DNA of 64,000 nt from the NCBI GenBank assembly GCA_015059065.1, contig SVBE01000001.1, positions 133,905 to 197,904 on the forward strand, given 5' to 3'. Below the pieces are notes generated by a model. That model had not been told where the DNA came from and made no database searches. It worked only from the letters and a program-made list of their open reading frames with translations. This stretch comes from Erysipelotrichaceae bacterium. GTDB lineage: Bacteria > Bacillota_I > Bacilli_A > RFN20 > CAG-826. Both the position numbers and the translations under genes were made by a program. This document shows, one piece after another, positions 1 to 10,004 of this stretch (the stretch's first letter is position 1; each line of letters opens with the position of its first letter).

Positions 1-314
1 CTCACCGTGGGGTATCAACTGAAGAAGTGCTAAAAAATACTGGTATTCATAATTATTTCGTGGAGATCATCACTTCCTTAAGCGGATATAAAAGAAAACC
101 AGAACCTGAAGCAATATTATATTTATTAAATAAATATCATCTTGATCCAAATAATACTTATTATGTGGGAGATAGGAATATCGATATGATCGCCGCGAAT
201 AACGCGCATATTAAAAGCATCTTATATTTACCCGATAATAATGTGGCAACTCCCACAGGGAAAGAAACTCACATCATCAAAGATTTATTAGAAATAATAG
301 ACATCATCAAATGA
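1..314 (+). CDS. HAD-superfamily phosphatase (phosphoglycolate-phosphatase-like), C-terminal part; 5' end lies outside the window
   Basis: The frame is open from the window edge. KRKPEPEAILY and YYVGDRNIDMIAANNA match HAD motifs III and IV. Confidence 0.7.
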   Translation, partial: HRGVSTEEVLKNTGIHNYFVEIITSLSGYKRKPEPEAILYLLNKYHLDPNNTYYVGDRNIDMIAANNAHIKSILYLPDNNVATPTGKETHIIKDLLEIIDIIK

Positions 315-315
315 A

Positions 316-343
316 AAAGCTTCCAGGATGAAGGAAGCTTTTT
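316..343. terminator. Hairpin between convergent genes (stem AAAGCTTCC / GGAAGCTTT, then T-run)
   Basis: A 9-bp inverted repeat with an 8-nt loop, followed by TTTTT, lies between the HAD gene and the DnaB-like gene. Confidence 0.6.
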
Positions 344-361
344 AGAAGGAGGAATATATAA

Positions 362-1018
362 TTAATCGTTATAGATTTCTTTAATGTTGATGGAAGAATA
401 ATGTTTGAGGTTATATCCATCGACGAGGATGAGGTGAACGATATCGCTGTAATCGATTCTTTCATCGATGATGTTGCCTTTGCCAATGAACATCTTGATG
501 ACGTTATTATCAGGAACCTTTTCACAGAAAGCATTCAGTCTTTCCACGGATTTTTCAAAGTTGGTGGAACTACCTGTTTGCGAGAGAAGAACGACTGGGA
601 TATCGAGTTCTTTAGCGAGTGCGGCGAGCTCGCGAATGATGTCTTGAATATGCTCTAAATCATGAGGACTCTTCTCATCTTCATTTGGATAAGTACTATT
701 CTTAAGTAGGTCAAGATAATCGATGTAAATAGCGTCGACATTGCCCTTTTTGTTTCTCACGATGTTAACAAGAGAAGAAAGATTTAATCCGTTTGCATCA
801 ATGATGTTTAAATTGAGTAGTTGTGACCAGTTGGTTTTAAAGTGAGAAATGAGTTTGTTATAGATGATTGATTGAGGATATTCATAGGAGAAGAAGATGA
901 CCTTCTTTCCGATTTTTAATAATTCGCTGTAATCGTAAACTGTAATGGTGCTTTTGCCCATATCAGTTTTTCCTGTAAGAATGGTTAAATAACCTTTTTC
1001 TGTTTTCATTATTTCCAT
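362..1018 (-). CDS. DnaB C-terminal-domain-like RecA-fold ATPase with no helicase N-terminal domain
   Basis: Walker A is GKTDMGKS and Walker B is AIYIDYLDLL. IIRELAALAKELDIPVVLLSQ resembles the DnaB motif. The likely start is MEIMKTEKG, with AGAGGT 9 nt upstream; the ORF-track start at 1066 is probably too long. Confidence 0.6.
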   Translation of the reverse strand: MEIMKTEKGYLTILTGKTDMGKSTITVYDYSELLKIGKKVIFFSYEYPQSIIYNKLISHFKTNWSQLLNLNIIDANGLNLSSLVNIVRNKKGNVDAIYIDYLDLLKNSTYPNEDEKSPHDLEHIQDIIRELAALAKELDIPVVLLSQTGSSTNFEKSVERLNAFCEKVPDNNVIKMFIGKGNIIDERIDYSDIVHLILVDGYNLKHYSSINIKEIYND

Positions 1019-1113
1019 AAAAGACTGACCTCTTGTATAAAACTTGTTATTATAATTATACAACATTAAATGTTGGTTGAATATTAGATTTATAATTTAA
1101 AGGAGAATAAAGG

Positions 1114-1590
1114 ATGTTTGCATTAATTAAAGTAAAAAATATCGGCAATATCAAACTAGAATTAGATGAAAAAGCTGCGCCTATCACAGTAGAGAACTTT
1201 GTTAAGCTCGCGAAGAAAGGCTTTTATAATGGCTTAATATTTCATCGCGTTATCAAAGGCTTTATGATCCAAGGTGGATGTCCACTTGGAACAGGAACTG
1301 GTGGACCTGGATATACCATTAAAGGTGAATTTTCTGCTAATGGAGTTAATAACCCTATCAAGCATACACGTGGGGTGATCTCTATGGCGAGAGCGATGCA
1401 TCCAGATTCTGCGGGCAGTCAATTCTTCATCATGCATCAAGACGCTCCTCATCTCGACGGACAATATGCAGCATTTGGCCACGTTGTTGAAGGTATTGAA
1501 GTGGTAGATAAAATCGCCGCGTCAAAAACAAATTTCCGCGATAAACCATTAAAAGATGTAGTGATTGAATCTATTACTATTGAAGATTAA
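1114..1590 (+). CDS. ppiB: Peptidyl-prolyl cis-trans isomerase, cyclophilin type
   Basis: [18 protein letters not shown] and GSQFFI are cyclophilin signatures. AGGAG lies upstream of the ATG. Confidence 0.95.
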   Translation: MFALIKVKNIGNIKLELDEKAAPITVENFVKLAKKGFYNGLIFHRVIKGFMIQGGCPLGTGTGGPGYTIKGEFSANGVNNPIKHTRGVISMARAMHPDSAGSQFFIMHQDAPHLDGQYAAFGHVVEGIEVVDKIAASKTNFRDKPLKDVVIESITIED

Positions 1591-1598
1591 GTAGGTTA

Positions 1599-3146
1599 TT
1601 ATTTAGATTCGTGATATTCCTTTTCTGCATTGACATTCCATAATGCAGTTTTATCTTTATTATTGTTAGCGATATAGTCAGCAGCAATCATGCCAGTGAG
1701 CATCGAATGATCCATATTGTTGTAACGGTGTTGGCCGTTACGACCGATGCAATATAGATTATCGATTTTATCGAGTTCTTCTCTCACTTTATCGAAATGG
1801 TCATAACTACCAAAATAGGCTGGATAAGCTTTTTTCACTTTTAAGCGATGGGCATCTAAAACATTATCTTTACTTGAAATGATACCCATCTTAATCAGTT
1901 CACTAACAGCCATATCGATGAATGATTGATTGTCTTTTTCCCATAATTCATCGCCTTCAGAAGCGAAATATTCTAATCCAATCCAGACTGTATGAAGTGG
2001 GTCATTCACCATATAGGGTGACCAGTTATTGAACAATTGAATTCGTCCCATCTTCACATCTCTTTCTTGGATATAAATCCAAGTATCGGGAACGAGGTCG
2101 TTTAAAGTTTTAATCTTGGTTTTATTTTTAATCGCGAGTTTATCAAGGAGTAGACCCACTGTAATAAAATCACGATATGGTAAAGTAGTGGCGATTTGAT
2201 AGCTCTCTTCACTGACTTTATCTTTATCTAGTGATGTGAATAAGTCTTTAATTGGCATAGAAGAGATGAGATAATCAGCTTCATATTCTTTATTATCTTT
2301 AGTGATTACTTTAGTAATCTTATGGTCTTTTAATTCAATTTTATTAACTTCGTTATTGAAATATATTTTAACTCCATCTTTTTGTAAATTATCCGCCATT
2401 AAGGTGTAGAGCTGACCTGGACCATATTTAGGATATTCAAATTGTTCGATTAAAGATGTTTCGACTTTATTTTTGTTCTTTTTAAATGGTTTAGTGATTG
2501 CAGAAGTGAAAGCTTTCCATAAGGAAAGGCCTTTAACTCTTTGGGCTCCCCAATCCGCGGATAATTTTGAAGGATGAACACCCCATAATTTCTCCGTATA
2601 GCTTTCAAAGAATAATTGATATAGGGGTTTACCAAAGCGATTGATATAGAAATCTTCTAATGATTCCTCTTTTCTTTTATGAATGGAAGAATACATATAA
2701 CCAAATCCCGCTTTCATCGTGCGAGAAAAACCCATATTGATAAAGGTCCTTGGTTTCATAGAGATCGGATAATCAAAGAATTTCTTTAAGAAATAGATTC
2801 GTGATATGCGGTGTCTTTTGAGAATGACATTATCATTAGTTTCTGGATCTAAACCATCTTTATCGAGATCGATTTTGCGTTCTAATAATTTATCGTCTAG
2901 AGCAGGAGCGCTTTGACCAGACATGATTTCATGCCATAAATGATTCACTCTATCGTTTTTAGAGAAGAAGCGGTGGCCACCTAAATCCATGCGGTTATTT
3001 TTATAATTGACGGTGCGTGAAATCCCCCCGACAACATCTTCTGCTTCGAGAATAGTGATGTCGTATTGATGAGTCTTATTGAGTTCATAAGCGGCTGCTA
3101 AACCCGCAGGACCCGCGCCAATAATCACAACTTTTTTCTTATTCAT
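1599..3146 (-). CDS. NAD(P)/FAD-dependent oxidoreductase (amine-oxidase / HemY-like fold)
   Basis: N-terminal dinucleotide fold VVIIGAGPAGLAAAYEL, followed by GGISRT and GGHRFF. Confidence 0.75.
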   Translation of the reverse strand: MNKKKVVIIGAGPAGLAAAYELNKTHQYDITILEAEDVVGGISRTVNYKNNRMDLGGHRFFSKNDRVNHLWHEIMSGQSAPALDDKLLERKIDLDKDGLDPETNDNVILKRHRISRIYFLKKFFDYPISMKPRTFINMGFSRTMKAGFGYMYSSIHKRKEESLEDFYINRFGKPLYQLFFESYTEKLWGVHPSKLSADWGAQRVKGLSLWKAFTSAITKPFKKNKNKVETSLIEQFEYPKYGPGQLYTLMADNLQKDGVKIYFNNEVNKIELKDHKITKVITKDNKEYEADYLISSMPIKDLFTSLDKDKVSEESYQIATTLPYRDFITVGLLLDKLAIKNKTKIKTLNDLVPDTWIYIQERDVKMGRIQLFNNWSPYMVNDPLHTVWIGLEYFASEGDELWEKDNQSFIDMAVSELIKMGIISSKDNVLDAHRLKVKKAYPAYFGSYDHFDKVREELDKIDNLYCIGRNGQHRYNNMDHSMLTGMIAADYIANNNKDKTALWNVNAEKEYHESK

Positions 3147-3205
3147 ACTGCAATAATTATAAAGTTAATTGTTACGAAAATCACTAAATGATGTAAAATA
3201 ACATC

Positions 3206-4132
3206 ATGTGCTATGTTTTAGAAAAGAAAATATTTCAAAAAATTATGCCTTCTCGTCAAGAAGGAAGTCCATATTTAAAACTATTTACTTTAGAAGATTA
3301 TCCAGATATGAAAGGAGAGAAATTTTCCTTTGATTCAAATGGCAATCTTCTAAAGGGATATAAATATTATATCGATAAGAAAAATATCAAAGCGGTGATC
3401 ATTCTTCATCACGGTCTTGGAGCAGGCCATACCGCTTATGAAACATTCATTCATAATTTAGCCCTTCAAGGTTATATGATTTACGCTTATGATAATGCCT
3501 GTTGTGGCGAATCAGAAGGTAGTGGATGGTGGAATTTTTCTTCTTCCCTCATCGATCAAGAAAACTTCTTTAAATGGTTTGAAAACGACGAAGATCAAAA
3601 AGGACAAAAAAGAATAGTGGTTGGTCATTCATGGGGTGGTTTTACCGCGATCAATGGTCTCCGTTATAAGGTTGATAAAATAGTGGCGATGTCCGCTTTT
3701 ATCAGCGTCAGCGATATACTCACTATTTTCGTACCGCCATTAAAGATTATGGTCCCATTTTTAAAAGGGGCGCAAAAGCATTATTTTGGTAAATACGGCA
3801 ACGCAAACTCTATCAAGTTACTAAGAAGTAGTAATATTCCTGTTCTTCTCATGAGTGGCGATAAGGATGACACTGTTGATTTTAAGAAGAATTTCTTGAA
3901 GATGAAAAAGAAATTAGAAGGTAAAAATAATATCTCATATTATGTGGTTAAAGATCGTTATCATCAACCAGAGATGACAGTCGCCGCACAGAATTATTAC
4001 CGCGAATTAAACGATTTATTAAAAAAAGGAAAAGTCAAAGATTTTCCCGAAGTTAATTACGATTTATTGTTAGAACAAGACCCTGTTGTTTTAAAGGCGA
4101 TTTACGATTTTATCGACGGCGTTCGTCAATAG
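3206..4132 (+). CDS. Alpha/beta-hydrolase-fold protein
   Basis: Nucleophile elbow GHSWGG, with an HHGLGAGH oxyanion region upstream. Confidence 0.7.
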   Translation: MCYVLEKKIFQKIMPSRQEGSPYLKLFTLEDYPDMKGEKFSFDSNGNLLKGYKYYIDKKNIKAVIILHHGLGAGHTAYETFIHNLALQGYMIYAYDNACCGESEGSGWWNFSSSLIDQENFFKWFENDEDQKGQKRIVVGHSWGGFTAINGLRYKVDKIVAMSAFISVSDILTIFVPPLKIMVPFLKGAQKHYFGKYGNANSIKLLRSSNIPVLLMSGDKDDTVDFKKNFLKMKKKLEGKNNISYYVVKDRYHQPEMTVAAQNYYRELNDLLKKGKVKDFPEVNYDLLLEQDPVVLKAIYDFIDGVRQ

Positions 4133-5018
4133 TCTCTATACCTATCTCAATAGTCTTTTTATAATTTTTAATTTGTTTAGGCTTTATTTTATAAATTTTT
4201 GGATATCCCGACATTTGAAGAGGGCCTCTAGGGCCTGTATATGAACCATTAGGGATATTTCTAATCATGTTGGCATAGACAAGACATGCTTTCGGTGGAA
4301 GGTGGAAGAATATCTTCATAAATTTTCTACCTAGTAGCTTGATAGCATGATTTTTATATCCTTTGGCGATAAGGGGAGTGTATGTGGAACCCGGATGAGC
4401 GAGATAGAAGTTGACATTTGTGTTTTCGTATTTCTTATAGAAATAATAAAACATATGTGTCGTCATCGTCTTGCTATTGGCGTATGTATGAATCGGTTTA
4501 TCTTTTGGGCTAGGGAAGAAATGGTCGAAATCTAATTTGTAATAATATGTGGTGACACTGTTGACGAAACCTACCTTGACTTGATGTGGCAGTTTTCTTA
4601 AATAATCAATGAGGTTATTCATCAATAACAGTGTACCGATATAATTAGTGCCAGTTTGTATTTCGATCCCTTCTTTAGTTAAAGAATAGGGGAGACGATA
4701 TACCCCGGCATTATTATATAAATAATCGATATCGATATTATTTTTAATAATATAATCGGTAAATCTATCGATGGAATTAAAATCAGAGAGATCGAGCTCT
4801 AATAATGTGATATTTGCTTTTGGATTTATCTCTAATAATTCCTTCTTAGCGTTTTCGCCTCTTTGTTTATTTCTCACTGCTAAATAGAGAGTGCCGTTAA
4901 GCTTAGCAACGATTTTTGCTAGTTCAAAACCAATGCCAGAATTAGCCCCGGTGATAACAAAAGATTCTCCTGATAAATCAGAAGGAAGATATTTATTTAT
5001 CCATCTTTGTACACTCAT
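4110..5018 (-). CDS. Short-chain dehydrogenase/reductase (SDR)
   Basis: TGANSGIGFE cofactor motif, NNAG, and a YANSK catalytic Y-x3-K. Its ATG overlaps the TGA of the upstream peptidase gene (ATGA). Confidence 0.8.
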   Translation of the reverse strand: MSVQRWINKYLPSDLSGESFVITGANSGIGFELAKIVAKLNGTLYLAVRNKQRGENAKKELLEINPKANITLLELDLSDFNSIDRFTDYIIKNNIDIDYLYNNAGVYRLPYSLTKEGIEIQTGTNYIGTLLLMNNLIDYLRKLPHQVKVGFVNSVTTYYYKLDFDHFFPSPKDKPIHTYANSKTMTTHMFYYFYKKYENTNVNFYLAHPGSTYTPLIAKGYKNHAIKLLGRKFMKIFFHLPPKACLVYANMIRNIPNGSYTGPRGPLQMSGYPKIYKIKPKQIKNYKKTIEIGIETIDERRR

Positions 5019-6604
5019 GATTTTTTAACGGTAATAGTGGCGCCTTCATCATTGATCGCATCAACGACGAATGACCAGCCTAATGCTTTTCCAGAATTGA
5101 GCTTGCCTCTTTCTACGAAAGAGTGGCTATATATTGACATATCAAAACGATCACCGGCTTTGAATAAATCGATACTGTCTAGCACTGATTTATCTCTGAG
5201 ATCTAAATAGTCGCCCGCGCGAATTAAATCTAATAAGCGATAATAACGGAAATTATAATAATTCTTTAATGGAGAGAAATAATCATCAGCTTGGCCTGAT
5301 ACATAAGTATTGTTACGGCATAAAACGTTGTAATAATATTGAGTATCAATCTTATTAGTGATTTGAGAGACGCTGTAATTATAGTCATAGCCTCTTCCAA
5401 GTTTATAGGCAAGTCTAGCATCGACATGCCACAAACGAATGCCGCTTGCTTTTGGTCCTTGAGGATAATGCCCTTCATAGGAATAACTACTGTCTAATTC
5501 ATTTAATCCATCTGGCGTATATAATTCGAGTAAGAGATATTCATCAAAGATGGAGTTTTCGTATTTATTAGATAAGAGGATGACTTGATTGGAACTTTGG
5601 AATGGCTTTAAGGTAATCGTTTCGTTCTCGGTTGGCACATAGATATCGCCCCATCCTAAAGAGATGACGGAAAACGGATCATGGCTACCGACATTGAAGT
5701 CCTGCATCGAGAAGCTTCCAGCGGGACGATCGCTTCCTGTCGTATCATAATAGTCATCAAGTCCAAATAAGTGACCGGTTTCATGGATATAGGCATGAGC
5801 GTCAACTTTTACTGGATAGTCAGAAGGGTTCTTCTTGCTAACATTAGAAAAATCATAGCTTGCCCATAAATAAGCGTTCACTCCCGGATAATTGACATTT
5901 TGGCGGGCTGGATCTTGGAACCAATAGACATAGGCCCATAAATTGGTATAGGAGGTGCTTGATCTCTCGTGGTAATAGCGAGGGAAATCAAATTCGCTTT
6001 TATAATTCTGAATCGCATATACTACAGCGACCGCATCTAAATAGCCATCGCCATCAGAGTCATAAGCTTTACGGTCTTCTTCAGGGTTGGTGTTGAAATA
6101 GTTATCGATCGCATAAGAAATAATACTTTCAGTATTGTTAGCGATATCGTCATCGTTTTGGTCGCCCGCTACTTCACTGGAATGACGTCCACATTCGTAC
6201 CAATTAGCGACAGTGATATCAAATGTTTTCTTTCCTTTAGAAAGAGTTTCGTAATATGTTTTAACCGAATTCCATCCAGTCTCTTCTTGACTGCCTTTGA
6301 ATGATGTATTGAGTTTAGCTAATATTGAGTCTTGGGTTTCTCCGGATTTAACGAGATTTTCAGAATCGGTAAACCAAACTGGCAAAACGAGATATTTATT
6401 CTCTTTTGTACTAGTGGGAATCGCGCTTTCATAATAGACAGTATTCTTCACAAGATTCTCATAAGTAGAATCAACAATCGCGGATGGTTTCATCGATGTT
6501 GATGGTTCTATTGAACTAGAACTAGAAGAAAGAAAGTGGATATATGTGCAACTAGTTAACGATAATGTTGATAATAAAAGTGATACAAGGAAAATTTTCT
6601 TCAT
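5015..6604 (-). CDS. Secreted lipoprotein zinc metallopeptidase, M6 (InhA)-like
   Basis: Signal peptide with lipobox LSLTSC. HExxH occurs in YIHETGHLFGLDDYYD. The likely start is MKKIFLV; the track start at 6619 is GTG. Confidence 0.65.
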   Translation of the reverse strand: MKKIFLVSLLLSTLSLTSCTYIHFLSSSSSSIEPSTSMKPSAIVDSTYENLVKNTVYYESAIPTSTKENKYLVLPVWFTDSENLVKSGETQDSILAKLNTSFKGSQEETGWNSVKTYYETLSKGKKTFDITVANWYECGRHSSEVAGDQNDDDIANNTESIISYAIDNYFNTNPEEDRKAYDSDGDGYLDAVAVVYAIQNYKSEFDFPRYYHERSSTSYTNLWAYVYWFQDPARQNVNYPGVNAYLWASYDFSNVSKKNPSDYPVKVDAHAYIHETGHLFGLDDYYDTTGSDRPAGSFSMQDFNVGSHDPFSVISLGWGDIYVPTENETITLKPFQSSNQVILLSNKYENSIFDEYLLLELYTPDGLNELDSSYSYEGHYPQGPKASGIRLWHVDARLAYKLGRGYDYNYSVSQITNKIDTQYYYNVLCRNNTYVSGQADDYFSPLKNYYNFRYYRLLDLIRAGDYLDLRDKSVLDSIDLFKAGDRFDMSIYSHSFVERGKLNSGKALGWSFVVDAINDEGATITVKKS

Positions 6605-6716
6605 AAGAAAATAATACACTTATTTTATAGGTTTGTCATATTTATTAGAATATAAGCAAAAAAAGTATTTACTTTTTCTTAATTCCTTTTCCTCTTTATA
6701 ATATAATAAATTTGTT

Positions 6717-8450
6717 ATGGAAAATACCGCTACACAAGCTCCAATTAAAAAGAAAAAACATCATGTCGTTTTATGGATTGTTTTAATCCTCGTATTTGTG
6801 ATTGTCATATTACCAATCGGCTTATCTTTTGCTTTCTTCTTTGACCCAGTGCATACAACAAGCGAAGAATTAGGAATTAGTACGACAGGAGAGAAGAAAC
6901 CGCTAACAAATAATTTGGTAGTGGACTTATTTGACCATGCTGATGATGCGAGCAAGAATAATTCCCTATCTTTATCAATTTCTGAAAAGGATATCAATCA
7001 ATCTTTATATGACAATTTATTAAGCGTTTTAGATAACAATACAAAGTCTATTATGCCCCAAGCATTTTTAGATATCGGTAAAGAGGATTATACCTTTACA
7101 GTCGAACTCAACGCTTATGGTTTTTTTAAGACTCGTTTATTTATCGTTACTTCTTTAAATATCAGCGATAATCCTAAGGGATTGATGTTTGAATTAAAGA
7201 ATCTAAAAGTTGGTCGACTCGGTGGTTTACAGAATCTATTATTAGGCAATCTTGGTAACTTTATTGATGATAAAAAATTAGAGCAAGAATTATCTAAGAG
7301 CATGTCATTTACTCTTGAATCACATCTAGTGACTCCGGTAGATGGAAAGAGATATATCTTCTATCCACATGATAATTTTGTCAGCGATATGGCAAGAATG
7401 ATTAAGAGTGGAGAATCTTCTTTCTTCCAAGACTTTATCTTGCAGATGTTCTCTGACCGTAAATTTAACTTTAGTTTCTATGAAGATAAAAAGATCAGTG
7501 GTCTATTATCCTTACAGGAATTCCACGATAACACTAATTATTGTAGCAACAACGACTACGTTATCGATTTTGAGATGAAGAAAGAAATCAATCAATATTT
7601 GCCAACCCTTATTAATAGTGGGGTAGTAAATGAAAACAATGTTGATATATTTAGCAAATATTTATCCTTTGGATCTAGCCTATTAACTTCAGGGGAAAAA
7701 GATTTGATTAATAACACTTCCTCATTACCTTCTATCTTAGGTAAATCGGTTGCTGAATATTCTAGTGAAAGAGAGACAAAGTTCGCTTTAAAGGGTAGAA
7801 AATTATCAGAAGTGAATAAGATTGAAGATGTTGTTTCCGCGCAGGTGAGTAATGCCTTAACTCCTACGAGATGCACGGAATTAATTGCCAGCGATGGTGG
7901 TGATGTCGTCGATGCGAGAGTTGATGAGTTTGATCTTCATGATGTTCTTAAGACTAATAGTTTCATCGGGTATGGCAAAACCATGTACTATCAACAAGCG
8001 GATGGTAGTTATAAAATCGCTTTTGTGACTATCGATAATATGTATATGAATATTATTAATAATAATATCTACTTTATTCTCGGCCTTAATATGAATGGAT
8101 ATGAGACTTCTTTAATTGTCTCTTCCATCATTCAAAGCGCGGGAAATGGAAAGTTATATTTCAAACTCGATCAAAACAACGCTTATTTTGGTAGTTATAA
8201 GATACCTGCGACATTATTTGATTCATTAACTTCTTTGTTCGCTAGTTCATCAACTAGTAGTGGTTGGTTCTCATATGACGCGAATAAGAAGAGCTTCCTC
8301 ATCAACTTTATCGATGCGATTAATAACAACGAACAAATCAAGTTATTGAAAGCGAGTGGCTTAAATATCGATGTCGGTGTTTCCGCGGTCGGAGCAAGTA
8401 TTATCGATAACGGATATATCAATATTTATGTATCCGCATCTCGCAGTTAA
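6717..8450 (+). CDS. N-terminally membrane-anchored protein of unknown function
   Basis: A 577-aa ORF with a single N-terminal TM helix (VVLWIVLILVFVIVILPIGLSFAFFF). I recognise no motif. Confidence 0.6.
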   Translation: MENTATQAPIKKKKHHVVLWIVLILVFVIVILPIGLSFAFFFDPVHTTSEELGISTTGEKKPLTNNLVVDLFDHADDASKNNSLSLSISEKDINQSLYDNLLSVLDNNTKSIMPQAFLDIGKEDYTFTVELNAYGFFKTRLFIVTSLNISDNPKGLMFELKNLKVGRLGGLQNLLLGNLGNFIDDKKLEQELSKSMSFTLESHLVTPVDGKRYIFYPHDNFVSDMARMIKSGESSFFQDFILQMFSDRKFNFSFYEDKKISGLLSLQEFHDNTNYCSNNDYVIDFEMKKEINQYLPTLINSGVVNENNVDIFSKYLSFGSSLLTSGEKDLINNTSSLPSILGKSVAEYSSERETKFALKGRKLSEVNKIEDVVSAQVSNALTPTRCTELIASDGGDVVDARVDEFDLHDVLKTNSFIGYGKTMYYQQADGSYKIAFVTIDNMYMNIINNNIYFILGLNMNGYETSLIVSSIIQSAGNGKLYFKLDQNNAYFGSYKIPATLFDSLTSLFASSSTSSGWFSYDANKKSFLINFIDAINNNEQIKLLKASGLNIDVGVSAVGASIIDNGYINIYVSASRS

Positions 8451-8508
8451 TTTTTACTAGGTTATAACTCATTAGATGAGTATAATATAAAAGAAAGAAG
8501 GTAAATTT

Positions 8509-9384
8509 ATGGCATTAGTTAGTGCAACAAAAATGATTAATGATGCCCACGCAGGACATTATGCAATCTGTGCTTTCAACATCAACAATTTAGAATGGAC
8601 TAAATCAATTCTAGAAGCTTGTGAAAAAGCAAAAGCCCCAGTCATTCTCGAAGTGAGTGAAGGAGCAAATAAATATATGTGTGGCTTCAAGACAGTCGCA
8701 AATATGGTTAAGAACATCGTTGAGTTCTTAGGCATCACTGTCCCAGTGGCCTTACACTTAGACCATGGTACTTACGAAGGTGCGAAAGCCGCGATTGAAG
8801 CTGGTTACACATCCGTCATGTTCGATGGTTCCCATTATCCATTTGAAGAAAACTTAGAAAAATCCAAAGAAATCATCGCTTTAGCGCATTCCAAAGGCAT
8901 CTCTGTTGAATGTGAAGTCGGTGGAATCGGTGGTTCTGAAGACGGCGTTACTTCCGCTGGTGAAAAAGCTGATCCAAAAGAATGCAAGACTATCGCTGAA
9001 TTAGGCGTTGACTTCTTAGCTGCTGGTATCGGTAACATCCACGGTTTATACCCAGCTGATTGGCAAGGTTTAGATCTCCAAAGATTAGCAGAGATCCAAG
9101 AAGCCACTAACGGCAAACCACTCGTCTTACACGGTGGTACTGGTATTCCATTCCCAATGGTGAGAAGCGCGATTGAAAGAGGTGTTAGCAAAGTTAACAT
9201 CAATACAGATCTTCAATTAGCGTTCGCTAAAGGCGAAAGAGAATACTTCGAAGCTGGCAAAGACCAAGACTTAAAGGGCAAAGGATTCGATCCACGTAAA
9301 TTATTAAAACCTGGATGTGAAGCCATCAAAGCCAAAGTCGAAGAACTCCTAAAAGAATTCGGCTCCTACGGCAAAGCTGCTTAA
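8509..9384 (+). CDS. fba: Fructose-bisphosphate aldolase, class II
   Basis: The N-terminus, HLDHG and the GNIHG region are typical of class II FBA. Confidence 0.95.
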   Translation: MALVSATKMINDAHAGHYAICAFNINNLEWTKSILEACEKAKAPVILEVSEGANKYMCGFKTVANMVKNIVEFLGITVPVALHLDHGTYEGAKAAIEAGYTSVMFDGSHYPFEENLEKSKEIIALAHSKGISVECEVGGIGGSEDGVTSAGEKADPKECKTIAELGVDFLAAGIGNIHGLYPADWQGLDLQRLAEIQEATNGKPLVLHGGTGIPFPMVRSAIERGVSKVNINTDLQLAFAKGEREYFEAGKDQDLKGKGFDPRKLLKPGCEAIKAKVEELLKEFGSYGKAA

Positions 9385-9403
9385 TTAATTTATTAATTAG
9401 ATT

Positions 9404-9428
9404 GCGGTATCTCCGGGTACCGCTTTTT
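9404..9428 (+). terminator. Rho-independent terminator of fba
   Basis: GCGGTATC-TCCG-GGTACCGC followed by TTTTT. Confidence 0.7.
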
Positions 9429-9439
9429 ATTATTAGATG

Positions 9440-9468
9440 TTGCGCAAAAATAATTGCGCATATATAAT
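9440..9468 (+). promoter_or_regulatory. Putative promoter (-35 TTGCGC, 17-nt spacer, -10 TATAAT) overlapped by two TTGCGCA motifs
   Basis: The palindrome TTGCGCAA lies at about 9440 and TTGCGCAT at about 9454. TATAAT lies at about 9463, just upstream of the HTH-NTase gene. Confidence 0.45.
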
Positions 9469-9474
9469 TAAGGT

Positions 9475-9939
9475 ATGAATAATCTCGCTAAAAAAAGAAA
9501 AGAATTAGGTTTAACACAAGAACATGTCGCCAAATTAGCGGGTGTTTCAAGACGCACTTACCAGACATATGAGGAAAATGAAATAGATAATGAAACGTAT
9601 AGGATTCTTGATGCGTTAGTTGAAGAAATATCTAGTGGTCGTAATCGCATCATACCTTTAACCGCTATAAAAACAGTAGTGAGAAGAGTGCTGAAGAATT
9701 ATCCAGAAGTAGCCGCTGCATATTTATTTGGTAGCTACGCAAGAGGGGAAGCAACAGGAAAAAGCGATATTGATATATTGTTGGTGCTTAATGAGCCAAT
9801 GGGTATGAAATATTTTGGAATAGGGGCCGAGATTAAAGAGGCATTAAATAAAGAAGTAGATTTACTTACGCACAAGCAATTAATGAACGACGAATATTTA
9901 TTAAAGAGGGTTTTAACAGATGCTATCAAAATTTATTGA
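9475..9939 (+). CDS. XRE-type HTH domain fused to a MNT-type (Pol-beta superfamily) nucleotidyltransferase domain
   Basis: LGLTQEHVAKLAGVSRRTYQTYE is the HTH. LFGSYARGEATGKSDIDILLV is the GS-x9-DxD NTase motif. Confidence 0.8.
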   Translation: MNNLAKKRKELGLTQEHVAKLAGVSRRTYQTYEENEIDNETYRILDALVEEISSGRNRIIPLTAIKTVVRRVLKNYPEVAAAYLFGSYARGEATGKSDIDILLVLNEPMGMKYFGIGAEIKEALNKEVDLLTHKQLMNDEYLLKRVLTDAIKIY

Positions 9940-9962
9940 AAAAGATTTGGAAAAAGGTCTAG

Positions 9963-9987
9963 AAATCCCTTGTTAAAGGGATTTTTT
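9963..9987 (+). terminator. Rho-independent terminator
   Basis: AAATCCCTT-GTTA-AAGGGATTT followed by a T-run. Confidence 0.7.
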
Positions 9988-10004
9988 ATTACTACAATTA
10001 AAAT

